A stretch of DNA of 53,643 nt, counting the filler, from Catajapyx aquilonaris (lineage: Eukaryota): assembly GCA_000934665.2 (NCBI GenBank). It is 3 parts of 3 records of this genome, joined end to end, with 100 filler letters (N's around TTAATTAATTAA, not from the genome) between each part and the next. Parts side by side here need not be neighbours in the genome. Positions count along the whole stretch, not along the records: positions 35,842 to 53,643 come from JYFJ02006854.1; 2 more parts are not named here. The stretch is one strand, 5' to 3'. Below are positions 37,971-49,058 of the stretch, piece after piece. The notes below the pieces were generated by a model that was given only the letters and a program-made list of their open reading frames with translations, was not told the DNA's origin and did not search any database. The stretch's first letter is position 1. The number at the start of each line of letters is the position of its first letter. The translations under genes were made by a program, and so were the position numbers.

Positions 37971-38633
37971 GAGGGGGTGAAAATCAAAAACCGACAGCTC
38001 CGTCATAAACGTAACGGAGAAAAACGAGAAAAACCTACAGTTTCGCCGTATGTCAACGTAGACACCTGAATGTAGCGGCTATAGATTCCTTTACTAGCAA
38101 CTCAACCATTGGTAAGTTATTATGAAATCATCCGCCATTACCCAATGAGCTGTGGACCGTCCATTCCACCACTGGCCGGTTTTTGATTTGCAACAGGCTG
38201 GAGTTGGCGCTTTTTGATGCAAAATTGAGTGAGGGACACATGAAACACAGGTTTATCCGGCGTGTAAATGTTTAAGTTTATTCCACGCTTACATACCAAT
38301 GTTCCATTACATTACGCAAGGCGTTCTGTTAAATGTGCATCTCATTCGCACCGTCGTTATCCGTACAAGCTTTGCAGTATGTAGTGTCTCCCATGTCAGC
38401 TTTAGTTTCGTGGGAGCTGGCGGTTTTTGATCTGTGATTTTCTGCGAGTGGGGATGGAGCTGGCGGTTTTTGTTGCGGAGGTTGCTTTTCACCCCTGAAT
38501 TTGACGGCTTTGTTGTAGGGTTTTAAATACCATATTCAGGTATTATGTACTCCATGGCATGAGGAATGCATTGCCGGCGCTAACTCATTTTTTTTGGTTT
38601 TTGGAGCTGTCGGTTTTTGATTTTCACCCCCTC
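37971..38633. mobile_element. Sola-like non-autonomous DNA transposon
   Basis: Perfect 31-bp TIR GAGGGGGTGAAAATCAAAAACCGACAGCTCC; GAG...CTC termini; 4-bp TSD AAAT on both sides; internal GGAGCTGGCGGTTTTTG copies. Confidence 0.85.
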
Positions 38634-39126
38634 AAATGTTGACATCTGAGTGGCTGGAAAATATTCCAACAGGTATCACACCCACACCTGATCATGACAT
38701 TTTGAAGGTGAATTTCCAAATGTACGTAATGTTTAAGAGGTAGAAAAAAAACTTTTAGGACGCATCTTAGACTGAATTGTACAGTACCTTTGCTTACATG
38801 TGGACCCTTAAATGCCAACACTTATGAGTTCAATTATAATGGATCACAACCCCTTTGCACTAATCTAACATAGTCAATGCAGATATGTTTCAAGCAGGCC
38901 TCAATTTTTGTAACCTTGGACACAATAGTAGCCTACTGTGCTTTTGGCATCTCCTTTCATGGCAAGGGAGGGAAGAGAAGGAGAGCTTCAAGAGCTTTGC
39001 ATGTAAGTCCCCTGATATTAATGAGCAAGTTTTCTTGTCATTACATGAACCTTTCAAATCCTGTAGTTTGTAAGAGAGCATGAGATAGAACTGCTCCTGC
39101 CAGCCCCCTGACACAAGTACAATACA

Positions 39127-39354
39127 GTAGTTTAATATAAAAGGCTCCGCTAGGTGGGGAATTTGGCGCTGGCGCGCCCCCACAGCCGGCTACCGCTGCC
39201 AGCCACCCGAATCCTAATCTGCGAATGCCCTCTGAGGAAAGAACGGTTTGGGTTGGTTCCAAACGCGGCCAACCCGACCCGACCCCCCCACTCGGCTGTG
39301 GGGGCATGCCAGCGCCAAATTCTCCGCCAGGCGGAGCCTTTTATATTAAACTAC
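39127..39354. mobile_element. GC-rich foldback MITE
   Basis: GTAGTTTAATATAAAAGGCTCCGC...GCGGAGCCTTTTATATTAAACTAC; inverted arms of ~60 bp. Confidence 0.85.
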
Positions 39355-39537
39355 CTTCAACACAGGGCTAGGCTGGATGTGTCAGGGGGCTGGCTCCTGC
39401 AGAGCAAAGATTTTCCTGACATACTGTAACTAGGTCTAATAACTAAACCAATATCATTCCTCTAATAATTGATAGTGAAATTGACAAATAATTTCCAATA
39501 GTTTTTTGTTCTCATATATCTCAACAGACTGAAAATA

Positions 39538-39903
39538 CGCGGTGATTCAAAATACTCGTACTCGTTCAACTAATATGGCTATTTCTTGGAATTAATCAGA
39601 TTATATTTAGCACTTACTTTTGTACAGTTAATTTTAATGATAATCAAAAGTATTAGCTGCTAATACAATGTAGGCCTACCCATCCTTTTGAAAGTCTGCA
39701 AGGGGATCTGGCCTACTCCAATGGGCCATTCCTAATATTTTGCTCTCCAGAGCTTGAATGGATGATTCAGGTTCGCATAATATTAGTAGCCAATACTTTT
39801 GATAATCATTAAAAGTAACTATGCAAAAAAACTGCTAAATAAGCCGCTTAGTGCCAACAAATATCCATATCAGTTGGATCACTCAGTATTTTTGATTACC
39901 CTG
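39538..39903. mobile_element. Old Tc1/mariner-type MITE with long diverged arms
   Basis: GGTGATTCAAAATACT...TAATGATAATCAAAAGTATT versus AATACTTTTGATAATCATTA...AGTATTTTTGATTACCCTG. Confidence 0.6.
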
Positions 39904-39998
39904 TTTCACCACCGCACCTTGTAAAATCTGGTCAGGGAACCTACTGTTCTACGTTCGAAAGTTCTCTGCCGATTTTACGAGGTGAGGTGGTGAAACAG
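39901..39998. repeat. Short hairpin element
   Basis: CTGTTTCACCACCGCACCTTGTAAAATC / GATTTTACGAGGTGAGGTGGTGAAACAG. Confidence 0.8.
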
Positions 39999-40629
39999 TT
40001 TAAATAGCTGTGCAAAAACCAACAGCCCAAATTAATCGCGCTTTGGGTGAGTAAGAGAGGAATACTTTTGCCATCGCACACTGTCAAGATATTTTCCAAA
40101 TTCTAATCCGGAGCCAAGTTGTTGTGAGCCTTTTTCAAAAACTCCTCTCCTTGCAGATCTCGCAATTATTATTCTTATTGATCGAAACTCCGTCGGTGCC
40201 TCTTTGGACCTTCCTCACCATGCTGTGAAAATTCTAGGTCTGTACCTCCAGCGAGATGCCCGCATCGGTGGTGCTAAGAGAACGCTGCACCCATGACTTG
40301 GCCAAACTGGAAAAATCGCATAGGTATCCGGCGCCCTTAATTACTGTAGCTTTTTGTGATCATAATAATTGGATTATTTTCCTATAGAAATGCGAAAATG
40401 CCATGACGTTGCATTGCTTTGAGGAGAAACACTAATTCCAACAATGTTTTTTTAGCTGAATTGTAGTACCGTACTGTATATGGATTGCAGGTCTCATTAG
40501 CATTAATTAATATTACCATGTTCCTTTCTCAATAATAATTTTAATAACAACAAGAACAAAAACAATCACATTGGACAAAAAATTAACACACACATATCCC
40601 CCCCACCCCCTATAGCATAATGCATCTAA

Positions 40630-41025
40630 TATTGCATTATTCTTCCCCTTGACTGAATCCCAGCAGCAATTCTCTTCAGCATGGAATCCACATGTATATG
40701 GATGCAGGTGACATCAGTGTGAAGCCACTCAGTCATCAGCTACTCCTGAATTTTGGCAAGATTAGCCAGATGTCTGTGCTGGCATCTTACTCTTCATTCC
40801 AAATAGTCCCACAGATTTTCTGTAGGATTAAAATCTGAGGACTTTGCTGGCCAGTCAAAGTGTGAGAGGCTCTCTGAATGGTTGTTGTACCAATTCACAG
40901 ATGATTTCAGCCCTGTGCTCTCAGAAATGGTTGTTCTGGAAGACTAGGGGATCTAGAATGTGTTCCTCCATCAGATGCTGAACAAAAGGCAACACTTGGT
41001 CATCCAGAATTCCGTACAAATAAGC
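40630..41025 (-). pseudogene. Tc1-family transposase C-terminal remnant
   Basis: Minus strand encodes DWPAKSSDFNPTENLWDYLE (cf. WPxxSPDLNPIENLW) and VDSMLKRIAA..QSRG; contains stops and a frameshift. Confidence 0.85.
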
Positions 41026-41250
41026 CCTGCTGGCGCAAGTGCAAAGTAACCTCAGCCAAGATCCCAAATATTATTGCAGGTAAAACAGTCCCAAAACATT
41101 ACACATGAACTCTTCTTTTGGTGGGGTGTAAATTTTTTGTCCGCTGTGGGTAACAATGATAACAACGATAAAAACACTTATAATGATAATATTTTTGTTA
41201 CCCAAACTCATCATGTAAGTGGAAAGCGCTTCCGTTGCCAGGATGCTTGG

Positions 41251-41520
41251 CTATGATCCTTTCTCCAGAAGTTTCTTCTTCACTTCACTTGGAATCCCTT
41301 TAACCCATGATTCATGATTTTCCCCTGGAGCAGTGGCCAGAACCCCTTGTGTATTGGGCCTCCCTTCATTTTTCTCATATGTATATTTATTTCCATGAAT
41401 GTCTGTCAGGATGCCACCCGCAGCCTCTAGAACTGCTTGTGGGCCACATGTGTCCCATTTCTTGGTGCCTGAGCTTGCGTACACATAGGCATTTGCTTCA
41501 CCTTCTAGAAGGAGTACCAC
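41251..41520 (-). CDS. BPNT1: 3'(2'),5'-bisphosphate nucleotidase 1, exon 4 (last)
   Basis: ag acceptor at 41522-41521; VVLLLEGEANAYVYASSGTKKWDTCGPQAVLEAAGGILTDIHG; TAG stop. Confidence 0.95.
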   Translation of the reverse strand: MVLLLEGEANAYVYASSGTKKWDTCGPQAVLEAAGGILTDIHGNKYTYEKNEGRPNTQGVLATAPGENHESWVKGIPSEVKKKLLEKGS

Positions 41521-41850
41521 CTGTTTATGAAAGCATGCTCATTAGGGGACCTGTGTTGTTCCACTTCTGGTATTATCACACACCTCAGGGTTTTTTGCTT
41601 GTTACTGTTTCGCTAACTATTCCAAACAATGAAAAGTATGGGATCAACATATTACTGAATGTAGTATTCTCTCTCTCAAACCCACTGCAATACTTGCTGT
41701 ACAAAAGTTGCTTGTTCATGGTTATTGTATTTTAATTTTACCACACTGTATTACTCAAACAGGAATAGTCATATGAAGACCAAGAAAATGATAGGAGTTG
41801 AAAACACATTCTGAGACTAACCATGACAAAAATTAATTTCAATTGGTTAC

Positions 41851-42164
41851 CTTATGTCCAGCTCCTCCAACTTTAAGTACCACATCAGGATTCAGTGCCT
41901 CAAGTGCTGCTTGCACCATCTGATTGGAATGTGAACGGGAAGTGACCACCACTTGGGTGCCCTGAGGAGGGGATTGAACCTGGAAGCCCCCAATCACACC
42001 TCCTTCTGCAGAATCAGAGTGTCCAACAAGCCCCCAAAGAGTGCGACCCCTAGAGTGAGGATACTCCCTGTCTTTGCTTTCATAAAAGGGCTGATGGATG
42101 AGGCCACCTACCACTTTGCCAGCCACAGACATCCCTACCAACACTGTAACTGCTTCCACATGGC
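41851..42164 (-). CDS. BPNT1: BPNT1 exon 3
   Basis: ag/gt boundaries in phase; HVEAVTVLVG...GLIHQPF...GRTLWG...VTSRSH...VGGAGHK. Confidence 0.95.
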
Positions 42165-42252
42165 CTGTAAATATGTAAAAATGGCCAGTGAGACACTCTG
42201 TGTGTAGTCAGCATAACCGAGGTCATGTTTCTAATATAGTCAAACCTGTATA

Positions 42253-43043
42253 CAGGGTGAAGGAATTCTCATGGACAATCACCAGGTAGACTGATAGTAC
42301 TCGCAAAACTAATATAGGGATGTGCAAGTAGTTTTGGGCGCCGTTGCGTAGTTAATGAGTATGGCACCTTTAAAGTTTCGTGACGTCACATCTGTTCCAG
42401 CTTCAAGGAAGCAAAAGTTAGCTCAAGAGCCTTCGAACAATCTGGCCTTGGGTCCATTACTCATCGTCCATGTGCAACAGGTGATCAAATCCCGCCAGAG
42501 TAAGAATCCGGGTGAGACACCTGTGCACTTTGTCGTTGTTTACCTCACATTCTACCATCTGGCACTCTACACTTTAACAGCGCCATATGCATTAACTACG
42601 CAACGGTGCCAAAAACTACTTTCACATCCCTATATTAGTTTTATGTAAGGGGAGACGAAGTGGCGCTGTGGAAAAGTATGTGCCCACAGATGTTAAGGTC
42701 CCGGGTTCGATCCCAGCCCGGGGTTCCCCCCTTCATCTCGTGCAGAGTTGGGTCGTCTCTGGCTTCGCTTCGAGTGGAATCTCCTCAGACTAATCCCCCT
42801 GGGGGAGTTCACAAAATGTACCGTTTGAGAATTGCACTTGCACCTTGCACATCCCCTCCCAGTCATCCTGCCCGTGGGCCCGGGCGCTACGTCAAAGGTT
42901 CCATCAAGACGAAATAAATGTTCCCTCCCTGCGGAATGATGCAGGGAGGTCAAAAGGAGAGAAAAAAAAAGAAAATAAAATAAAAAGTTTTACGAGTACT
43001 ATCAGTCTACCTGGCGATTGTCTGCGAGAATTCCTTCACCCTG
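42253..43043. mobile_element. mariner-type MITE with ~120 bp TIRs, right TIR interrupted by a SINE
   Basis: TA-CAGGGTGAAGGAATTCTC...GAGAATTCCTTCACCCTG-TA; the inner part of the right arm is at ~42570-42645. Confidence 0.9.
42649..42985 (+). mobile_element. Apparently full-length tRNA-derived SINE
   Basis: A-box TGGCGCTGTGG, B-box GGTTCGATCCC, 3' stem-loop CCTCCCTGC-GGAATGAT-GCAGGGAGG, A-rich tail, flanking duplication AGTTTTATG/AGTTTTACG. Confidence 0.85.
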
Positions 43044-43832
43044 TATAGTGAAATCCTTCCATTCTGTGAAAATGTTCCATAACGGACATGTTTCCAATAT
43101 ATAAGACAACAATAAACTATGAAAAGTATTTATGGTGCATTATAATGTCTCTAAATAGGTGGCCCAAGTCAGTGTGCAATTTGCACACTGAATTTGTTGA
43201 ACCTGCAGCCAACTTTTTAGCCACAAAGGCCATTTTTAGTGCCCATGTGCTGCTCACACCACTTTTTCACCCTGATTCCAGTTCACCAACGTTGTAAACC
43301 AGCCTTTAATGCAGTATAAATATGTTCCAATATACTTTAGTGAGAGGCCTAATGATGTTGTACATTTCCGAGTTAGACAGGTTCTGCTGTATTGGTCAAA
43401 AATACTTTGGAAATCGAATCTCACTGCCAGCATCGCAAAGATTTTGGCAGTATGCAAGTTTTTGCCCTATCCAGGATCCACTCTGAGCAGGTTTCACTTA
43501 AGAATTTGTCGCAAAGCATAGACAAACTCTATTGTCAGTTTATATGCTTATGGGATCATATCACACTGCAAGGAGGCACAGATTTGTAATATGAGACATT
43601 TCATCTAAACTTCCAAAGCCACACAGTAGGAACAAAAGCAGCCACTCCCAACCTTGAAAACTTTCAAAAAACCTCCCAAATTGAAAAATATGACTGGGAT
43701 AAGATAAAAAGTATTTATAACAATGTGGCTTCCTAAGAATTGGTGCAATCGGATGAGTCCTTCATACATCTTAATCCATTTGTACAATTTTTTTGTTAGA
43801 TAATTTAAAAATATAAAAATATAAATTAATAC

Positions 43833-44088
43833 CTTGTGTAAATTCCATTGTTCCATCAAGTGGGTCAACCCACAGAACCAGTTCTTCCTCTGCCACCTGT
43901 TTTAAGTGTGGAGGACAATTGGCTGCCATAACTTCATCATCTGGTGGATCAGAACATATGAAGCCATGGCCACCATCATCCTCTCCCTCTTCTCCAATTA
44001 TGGTCAACTTTGGAAAATGGTGGCGGAGGCTTTTACATATTAGGCTCTGAGCTGCTCTGTCAGCTTCGGTCTGCGGATCATCAACCCC
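43833..44088 (-). CDS. BPNT1: BPNT1 exon 2
   Basis: GVDDPQTEADRAAQ...FPKLTIIGEE...LWVDPLDGTMEFTQG (inositol-monophosphatase-family DPxDGT motif); ag/gt boundaries. Confidence 0.96.
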
Positions 44089-44268
44089 CTGTAAATGCAG
44101 AAAATTAAGTCCTTTTGCACATTCATTTTACATTCGGTTCATTAAATGTGAATAAGGGTCATCTTTTTCATTAACTATCACCAATTCTTATGAAATTTGA
44201 TGTCTCTGCAGTACTAATGAGACACAGCTCTGCATAAAGACTAATGATTGGCTGTCTATTCACAGCGT

Positions 44269-45415
44269 CACCATTTTCATGTGCAGGGCATTGTTTTGGA
44301 GCTGGAAAGGACCTGTAAATCCTACTGGAAAAAGGAAAGTGGGGGAAGATTGACGAGATATTTTGTTGATCTTTTTTGGGAACACTGCTGTTTATTTCTA
44401 GTTCTCAAAAATCACACCTAGCAACATTTAGCAAACTAAAAATTAATTTCCTAACTAAAATGATAAATTTTTGTAAAATTTTAAGTATTTTAAAAAATTA
44501 CCTTAAAAACATCCTAAGAAGGTCTATTTTACATCCTCAAGGTAAAAAGTGGACCAACATATTGTTTTGTGTCATAAGCTTGATGAGAAGCATGATGGGC
44601 AGGTAAATAGGAACATTAGAATATGGGCCTCCAAATTATAACCAAAATATTACTTGTACAGTGCTGGCCATATATCGAGGCAACGACTAGCGACATTTTT
44701 CCGAAGCGGCAGAAGAAGGAATCTTGCTCGCCCGGCTTGTAGCATGCTTATCTTCGATTCCTTCTTCTGCCGCTTCAGGAAAATGTCGCTGGCGGTTGCC
44801 TCGATATATGGCCAGCACTGTAAATGCTATGCAACTGCTTAGAAGGATCATTTATTTCTGCATAGGTTTTCATGCAGTTGTGCACTGACTAATGTTTTTT
44901 TCTGTCTCTCAAAAATGAGTCTTAAAATAAATTTTTAACTCCAGGTACTCCAGGAGTGAAAAGAAAACTGTGAAAAATACATCGATAAAAGAGCATGAAG
45001 CGTCTCCATAACTCAATTATCACACTAAACATTTATGTAGTATATACAGGTAACATTTTGGTTTAAATCAGTGGTCCATTCTTTAATATTGCTATTTACC
45101 TGTCCCTTTGTACAATCATCAAGCTGCTGATACAAACAGTATGTCAGTCCACTCTTTTGCTTTTGGTATGTAAACTAAGTGTTCTTTGGGTGTTTTCAAA
45201 GCTGATTTTAAAAGTATTAAAATTGTCCAAATTTGTCACAATTTGTGACTTGACATTATTCATTGAGTTTGATTTTCAAGGGCCAGAAAAATAAAGGGGG
45301 GTTCCCATAAAAGCGTGAAAAAATCTCTTGGTACATCATGCATCACTTTCCTCCTTCCTGTAGGATTAACAAATCATTTCCAGCTCCAAAACATACCTGC
45401 ACACCAAAAATGGTG
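44269..45415. mobile_element. Old inverted-repeat element (diverged ~70 bp arms) hosting a younger MITE
   Basis: CACCATTTT..GTGCAGG..TGTTTTGGAGCTGGAAA..ATCCTAC..GGAAAGTG (44269-44341) inverted at ~45344-45415. Confidence 0.6.
44659..44820. mobile_element. TA-flanked foldback MITE
   Basis: TA-CAGTGCTGGCCATATATCGAGGCAAC...GTTGCCTCGATATATGGCCAGCACTG-TA; arms of ~65 bp. Confidence 0.92.
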
Positions 45416-45741
45416 AAATCATTAGCCCCTGTAAGTAATGTTAGGGTTGTAAATGCAATTTTGAAACACTGGCCATCACCTTGCACAAGGACTTTTATTT
45501 ACTTATTTCTCCTACCTACTCTTCTAGCACTGACCAATCACCAATGTACCCTACAGCCACTACATTCCTCTCTTTTGTTCTCCTGAAAATTGGATTCAGT
45601 ACCGTTATATTGTCCTTATGCAAGATGACTGATGAACTACATCTAGACTGATAAAAAGGCAATTGAGAAGTAAATCCCTGTAGAGCTAATTTTAAATGAG
45701 GCACTGCAAGAGAGAATGTGCCATTTGCACTAACAGAGATA

Positions 45742-46642
45742 CACTGTACAGGTAGTACCCGTTTTACGCCAGTAATTGGTTCCAGCAAAATGCGGCGTAA
45801 AGTGAAAAGGTGTAAAACGAGAGAAAATTATAATGAAAGTAAATGAGATAGCCTTCCAAAATTTCCAAAAAATTTCCTACCCCAGTAGCCTACTTAAATT
45901 GCTGCTTTTAATGCGGACTATTTGAAACATTTATTATGCACACTTAATAACAGGTTCCAGGTTGAGAGTCATCAGGTTCTGAGGCCTCTTTTTCCTGCTT
46001 TTGGCAAGAACTGCAGTAGACGTAGGGTATTTAACAGACTTTGGGGAGTGCCGAGACCAACAATACAGTAGGCCTACTGTATTTATCGATAGACCCAGCC
46101 ACAACTCACAAGGCACCATGAAAAACAAATAAGAGCCTTTATGGTCATGTGTTTGGACTCAGAAGTGTTGCATGATGTGTTTATGTTCAGATTGTGTTGT
46201 TATCTTCAACTTTTTCACAATCTTTCAATTTAAGAATTTTAAAACGTCATTTTCAAACTGGCGTTAATGTGAAACAGTGTAAAATGGAGAGGCGTAAAAC
46301 GGGTACTTCCTGTACTCCCAATTATCCCGGGTAATGACTGCAGAGGTGTCCCCAGATAATAGGAAAACCTGGATAATTGGAAAATGGTTCCAGATTCTGT
46401 AAAAGTGAGCTGTTCAGAGGTTTCAAATGAACTACTGTCCATACTGTATGCTGCTTTAAATAAGGTGTAATCAAAATAGTGAAACATCCCACATATTTTT
46501 AGTTCGTCTTATGGAAAAAGAATGCAATTTCTTAAGAAATATTGACATTTTTTTCAGACTCTTATTTTTCCTTTGTTTTGGTGATGCACAGATATAATCC
46601 GCAACATGGATAATCTGCACCTAAATAATCAGGAGTACAGTG
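45742..46642. mobile_element. pogo/Tigger-like MITE (outer element)
   Basis: TA-CACTGTA[insertion]CTCCCAATTAT...ATAATCAGGAGTACAGTG-TA. Confidence 0.75.
45749..46312. mobile_element. pogo/Tigger-like MITE (inner element)
   Basis: TA-CAGGTAGTACCCGTTTTACGCC...GGCGTAAAACGGGTACTTCCTG-TA. Confidence 0.88.
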
Positions 46643-46703
46643 TATACACAAAACTGATCGCCTGATTGTCTGAGTGTGAGTTCACCCAGTAGCCTGAATT
46701 CAC

Positions 46704-46823
46704 CTTTTGAACAACTCCTAGCTTCCCAGAAGACAGGACCTGCCTGACAATCTTCCCAGCATGTGATGCAATTGGTACAGCGGCTGCCAGAATCCTCACA
46801 ACCAGGGGCGTCATCTCAACCAT
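46704..46823 (-). CDS. BPNT1: BPNT1 coding exon 1 (the start could be the second Met at 46814)
   Basis: MVEMTPLVVRILAAAVPIASHAGKIVRQVLSSGKLGVVQK, then gt donor in phase with exon 2. Confidence 0.9.
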
Positions 46824-47099
46824 TGCATGTTGTACGTTCTCACACTTTCTAAAACATACCACAATCTCTTTAGTGGCCAGTTGTATTCAATGACACTGCT
46901 CACTTACTTTAATTTCTACTTTCTTTTCTCTTCCAGTGTAAATATGCTGTTGATATTTCTGTTGTTGGCAACAATATCAGGTGCCATGAATCCTAAGTGC
47001 CAACAGCAATGCAGAATAATAAACACTCAAAAACTCTTGCTATCACTGTCGAACTAGCAGGCGTAACTCATCCCCCAAAAAAGTTCTGATATTAGGTAA

Positions 47100-47543
47100 G
47101 AGAGTATGTGCTCTATGAAAAACTCATATCCTACATATGTTCGGCCGGGTCATATGGAATCGAACACAGGATCCCTCTAATTGCGCTATACTGCCTCTAA
47201 ACCACGCTCTAAACTATTTAACTTCGAACAGCTGTATCGATGCACTGTATCAATGTATCATGGGCGCAGCCATATCGGCACTCGTAAACTCGCCCTGCTA
47301 CTTATGATTTATATATTTGTACTCATATTAGGCCAGTGAGTGAGCCACTCCCTCCCGACAAGAGCGACGCCATATTGCAACTCCTAAACTCGCGTCAGAG
47401 CTCTCGTAGCCAAGTTGCTCCTGCTGAGTCTAATTGACGAGTCTACGAATGATGATGGTGGATCTGTGTTGGACTTGTTGACGTTTTCAAATTCGCCCTA
47501 CATCTCCTCACCGGGGTGTGCGGCGGGGCTAACAGATTTTACG
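47100..47543. promoter_or_regulatory. Bidirectional promoter region shared by BPNT1 and SCYL1
   Basis: Divergent ATGs ~720 bp apart; locally CpG-rich; DRE-like TATCGATG near 47235; two GCCATAT-containing 25-mers. Confidence 0.7.
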
Positions 47544-47657
47544 ATGTGGTCTTTATTTAGTAGAGACTCAAGTCGCGATTTCCCGTTTGAGTTGGGCGAG
47601 CAGTGGGCAGATCATGATGAGAAGTGCCTCTGGAAGGTGCACCGGGGAAGAAGAAAG
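47544..47657 (+). CDS. SCYL1: SCY1-like pseudokinase 1 (NTKL/yata), exon 1
   Basis: MWSLFSRDSSRDFPFELGE...LWKVHRGRRK; gtatgg donor. Confidence 0.93.
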
Positions 47658-48143
47658 GTATGGTGTTGATGCAGCTGCAATAGCTGCTTTGATTCTTGGG
47701 GGATACCCACTGAATTGGTATTGTAATAATCGTGGTAGCTGATATTTTTAAAACTGAATGTGCCAAGAGTTGTAATGATTACAACATCTGAAGTAGCGTG
47801 GTACCGGTACGTGCTAAGAGGTCTGTTCATTAGTGGCAGGTGTAGCTCTAGTGCTCTAGTGTATGCTTTGGAGCGTAAGACAGAGTGTACAGCCATGATA
47901 TTACACTAGCCAATAAATGAATAGGTATCATGAGAATTACAACTGTACACCTACCCATATTAAAGGGTTGATAAAAAGTTAATGAGAATTGGCCATGTAT
48001 ATTCATATCCTCATGGCATAAATCCCATAAGGGGTAGCCAGCAGGCCTTCCATTGCACTACAGTTGGGTTGACCCCTGCGATTATCCCAAATGTGGGCTC
48101 TTGGCCATGTATATGATTTTTTTAAATACTGTGTTTCTTTCAG

Positions 48144-48284
48144 GGTACAGAAGAAGAGGTCACTGTATTTGTTCTTCCTGCAAAAAGTAGCAGTCCCACA
48201 CAGTTGGACCAAGGGAGGGCAAGCCTGAAGCGCCTCAAGACACTTAGGCATCCTTGTATCTTGGCTTACATAGATAGCCTTGAG
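48144..48284 (+). CDS. SCYL1: SCYL1 exon 2
   Basis: GTEEEVTVFV...LKRLKTLRHPCILAYIDSLE; ag/gt boundaries, phase 0. Confidence 0.95.
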
Positions 48285-48346
48285 GTGTGATATTAGGGTA
48301 GTGATCCATTATTCAACATGTACAGTATTTTCATTGTGATTGGCAG

Positions 48347-48472
48347 AACTCCAGTGGTCTGCAGGTGGTTACAGAAAAGGTGGTACCATTAATGCATCAC
48401 TTACAAGAAGGCTCAGAATCTCCTGATGGAATGGGCGAACAGCTTAGGCTCTGGGGACTGTTTCAAATCACT
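48347..48472 (+). CDS. SCYL1: SCYL1 exon 3
   Basis: NSSGLQVVTEKVVPL...WGLFQIT; follows a 62-nt intron; gtgagt donor. Confidence 0.92.
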
Positions 48473-48743
48473 GTGAGTATCAGATTATTACAGTATAAAG
48501 TAACTGGAACAAAACTTGCATATTGCAATTTGCTAAGCTTTCATGCTGCATAGGTAAGAGTGTTTAGTAAATCAGGAGCACAGCAGTTATCATCAGTAAC
48601 ACTCAATTTATTGCTGTTTTTCTCTTGCACATGTAGACAGAAAAATCTGGAAAGAATAAAATAGCTACCAAATAAATAGGCTAATGTAAAATAAATTTTA
48701 ACGAGCTATAGCTTACTGTCTAATGCTTGAAAATAACCAACAG

Positions 48744-49058
48744 AGGGCACTCAAGTTTCTCCATACTGATGGAGGGCTTTCCCACAACAACGTCAATGCC
48801 AGCTCCGTCTACGTCAGTGCATCTGGGGAATGGAAGCTAGGAGGACTGGAGTATGTTCGAGAGTCAGCTGCCAGAAATGGAGAGTTGCCCCCATTGTCCT
48901 TTCCCCCAGCACTGCAGGTGTACCAGCCACCAGACAGGGGTGCTAACGTGGCAAGGTCACCAGTGTGGGTTGCTGATGCGTGGGGGTTAGGATGTTTGAT
49001 TTGGGAAGCTTTTAATGGGCCACTCCCCCGAGCACAGGCTCTGAAGAACCCAAACATG
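48744..49058 (+). CDS. SCYL1: SCYL1 exon 4 (pseudokinase core)
   Basis: RALKFLH...HNNV...[10 protein letters not shown]...[18 protein letters not shown] and DFG are replaced as typical of the SCY1 family. Confidence 0.95.

Noticed and set aside
42649..42725. tRNA gene
   Set aside because: Has A and B boxes but no convincing cloverleaf, and continues into a SINE body, tail and TSD.
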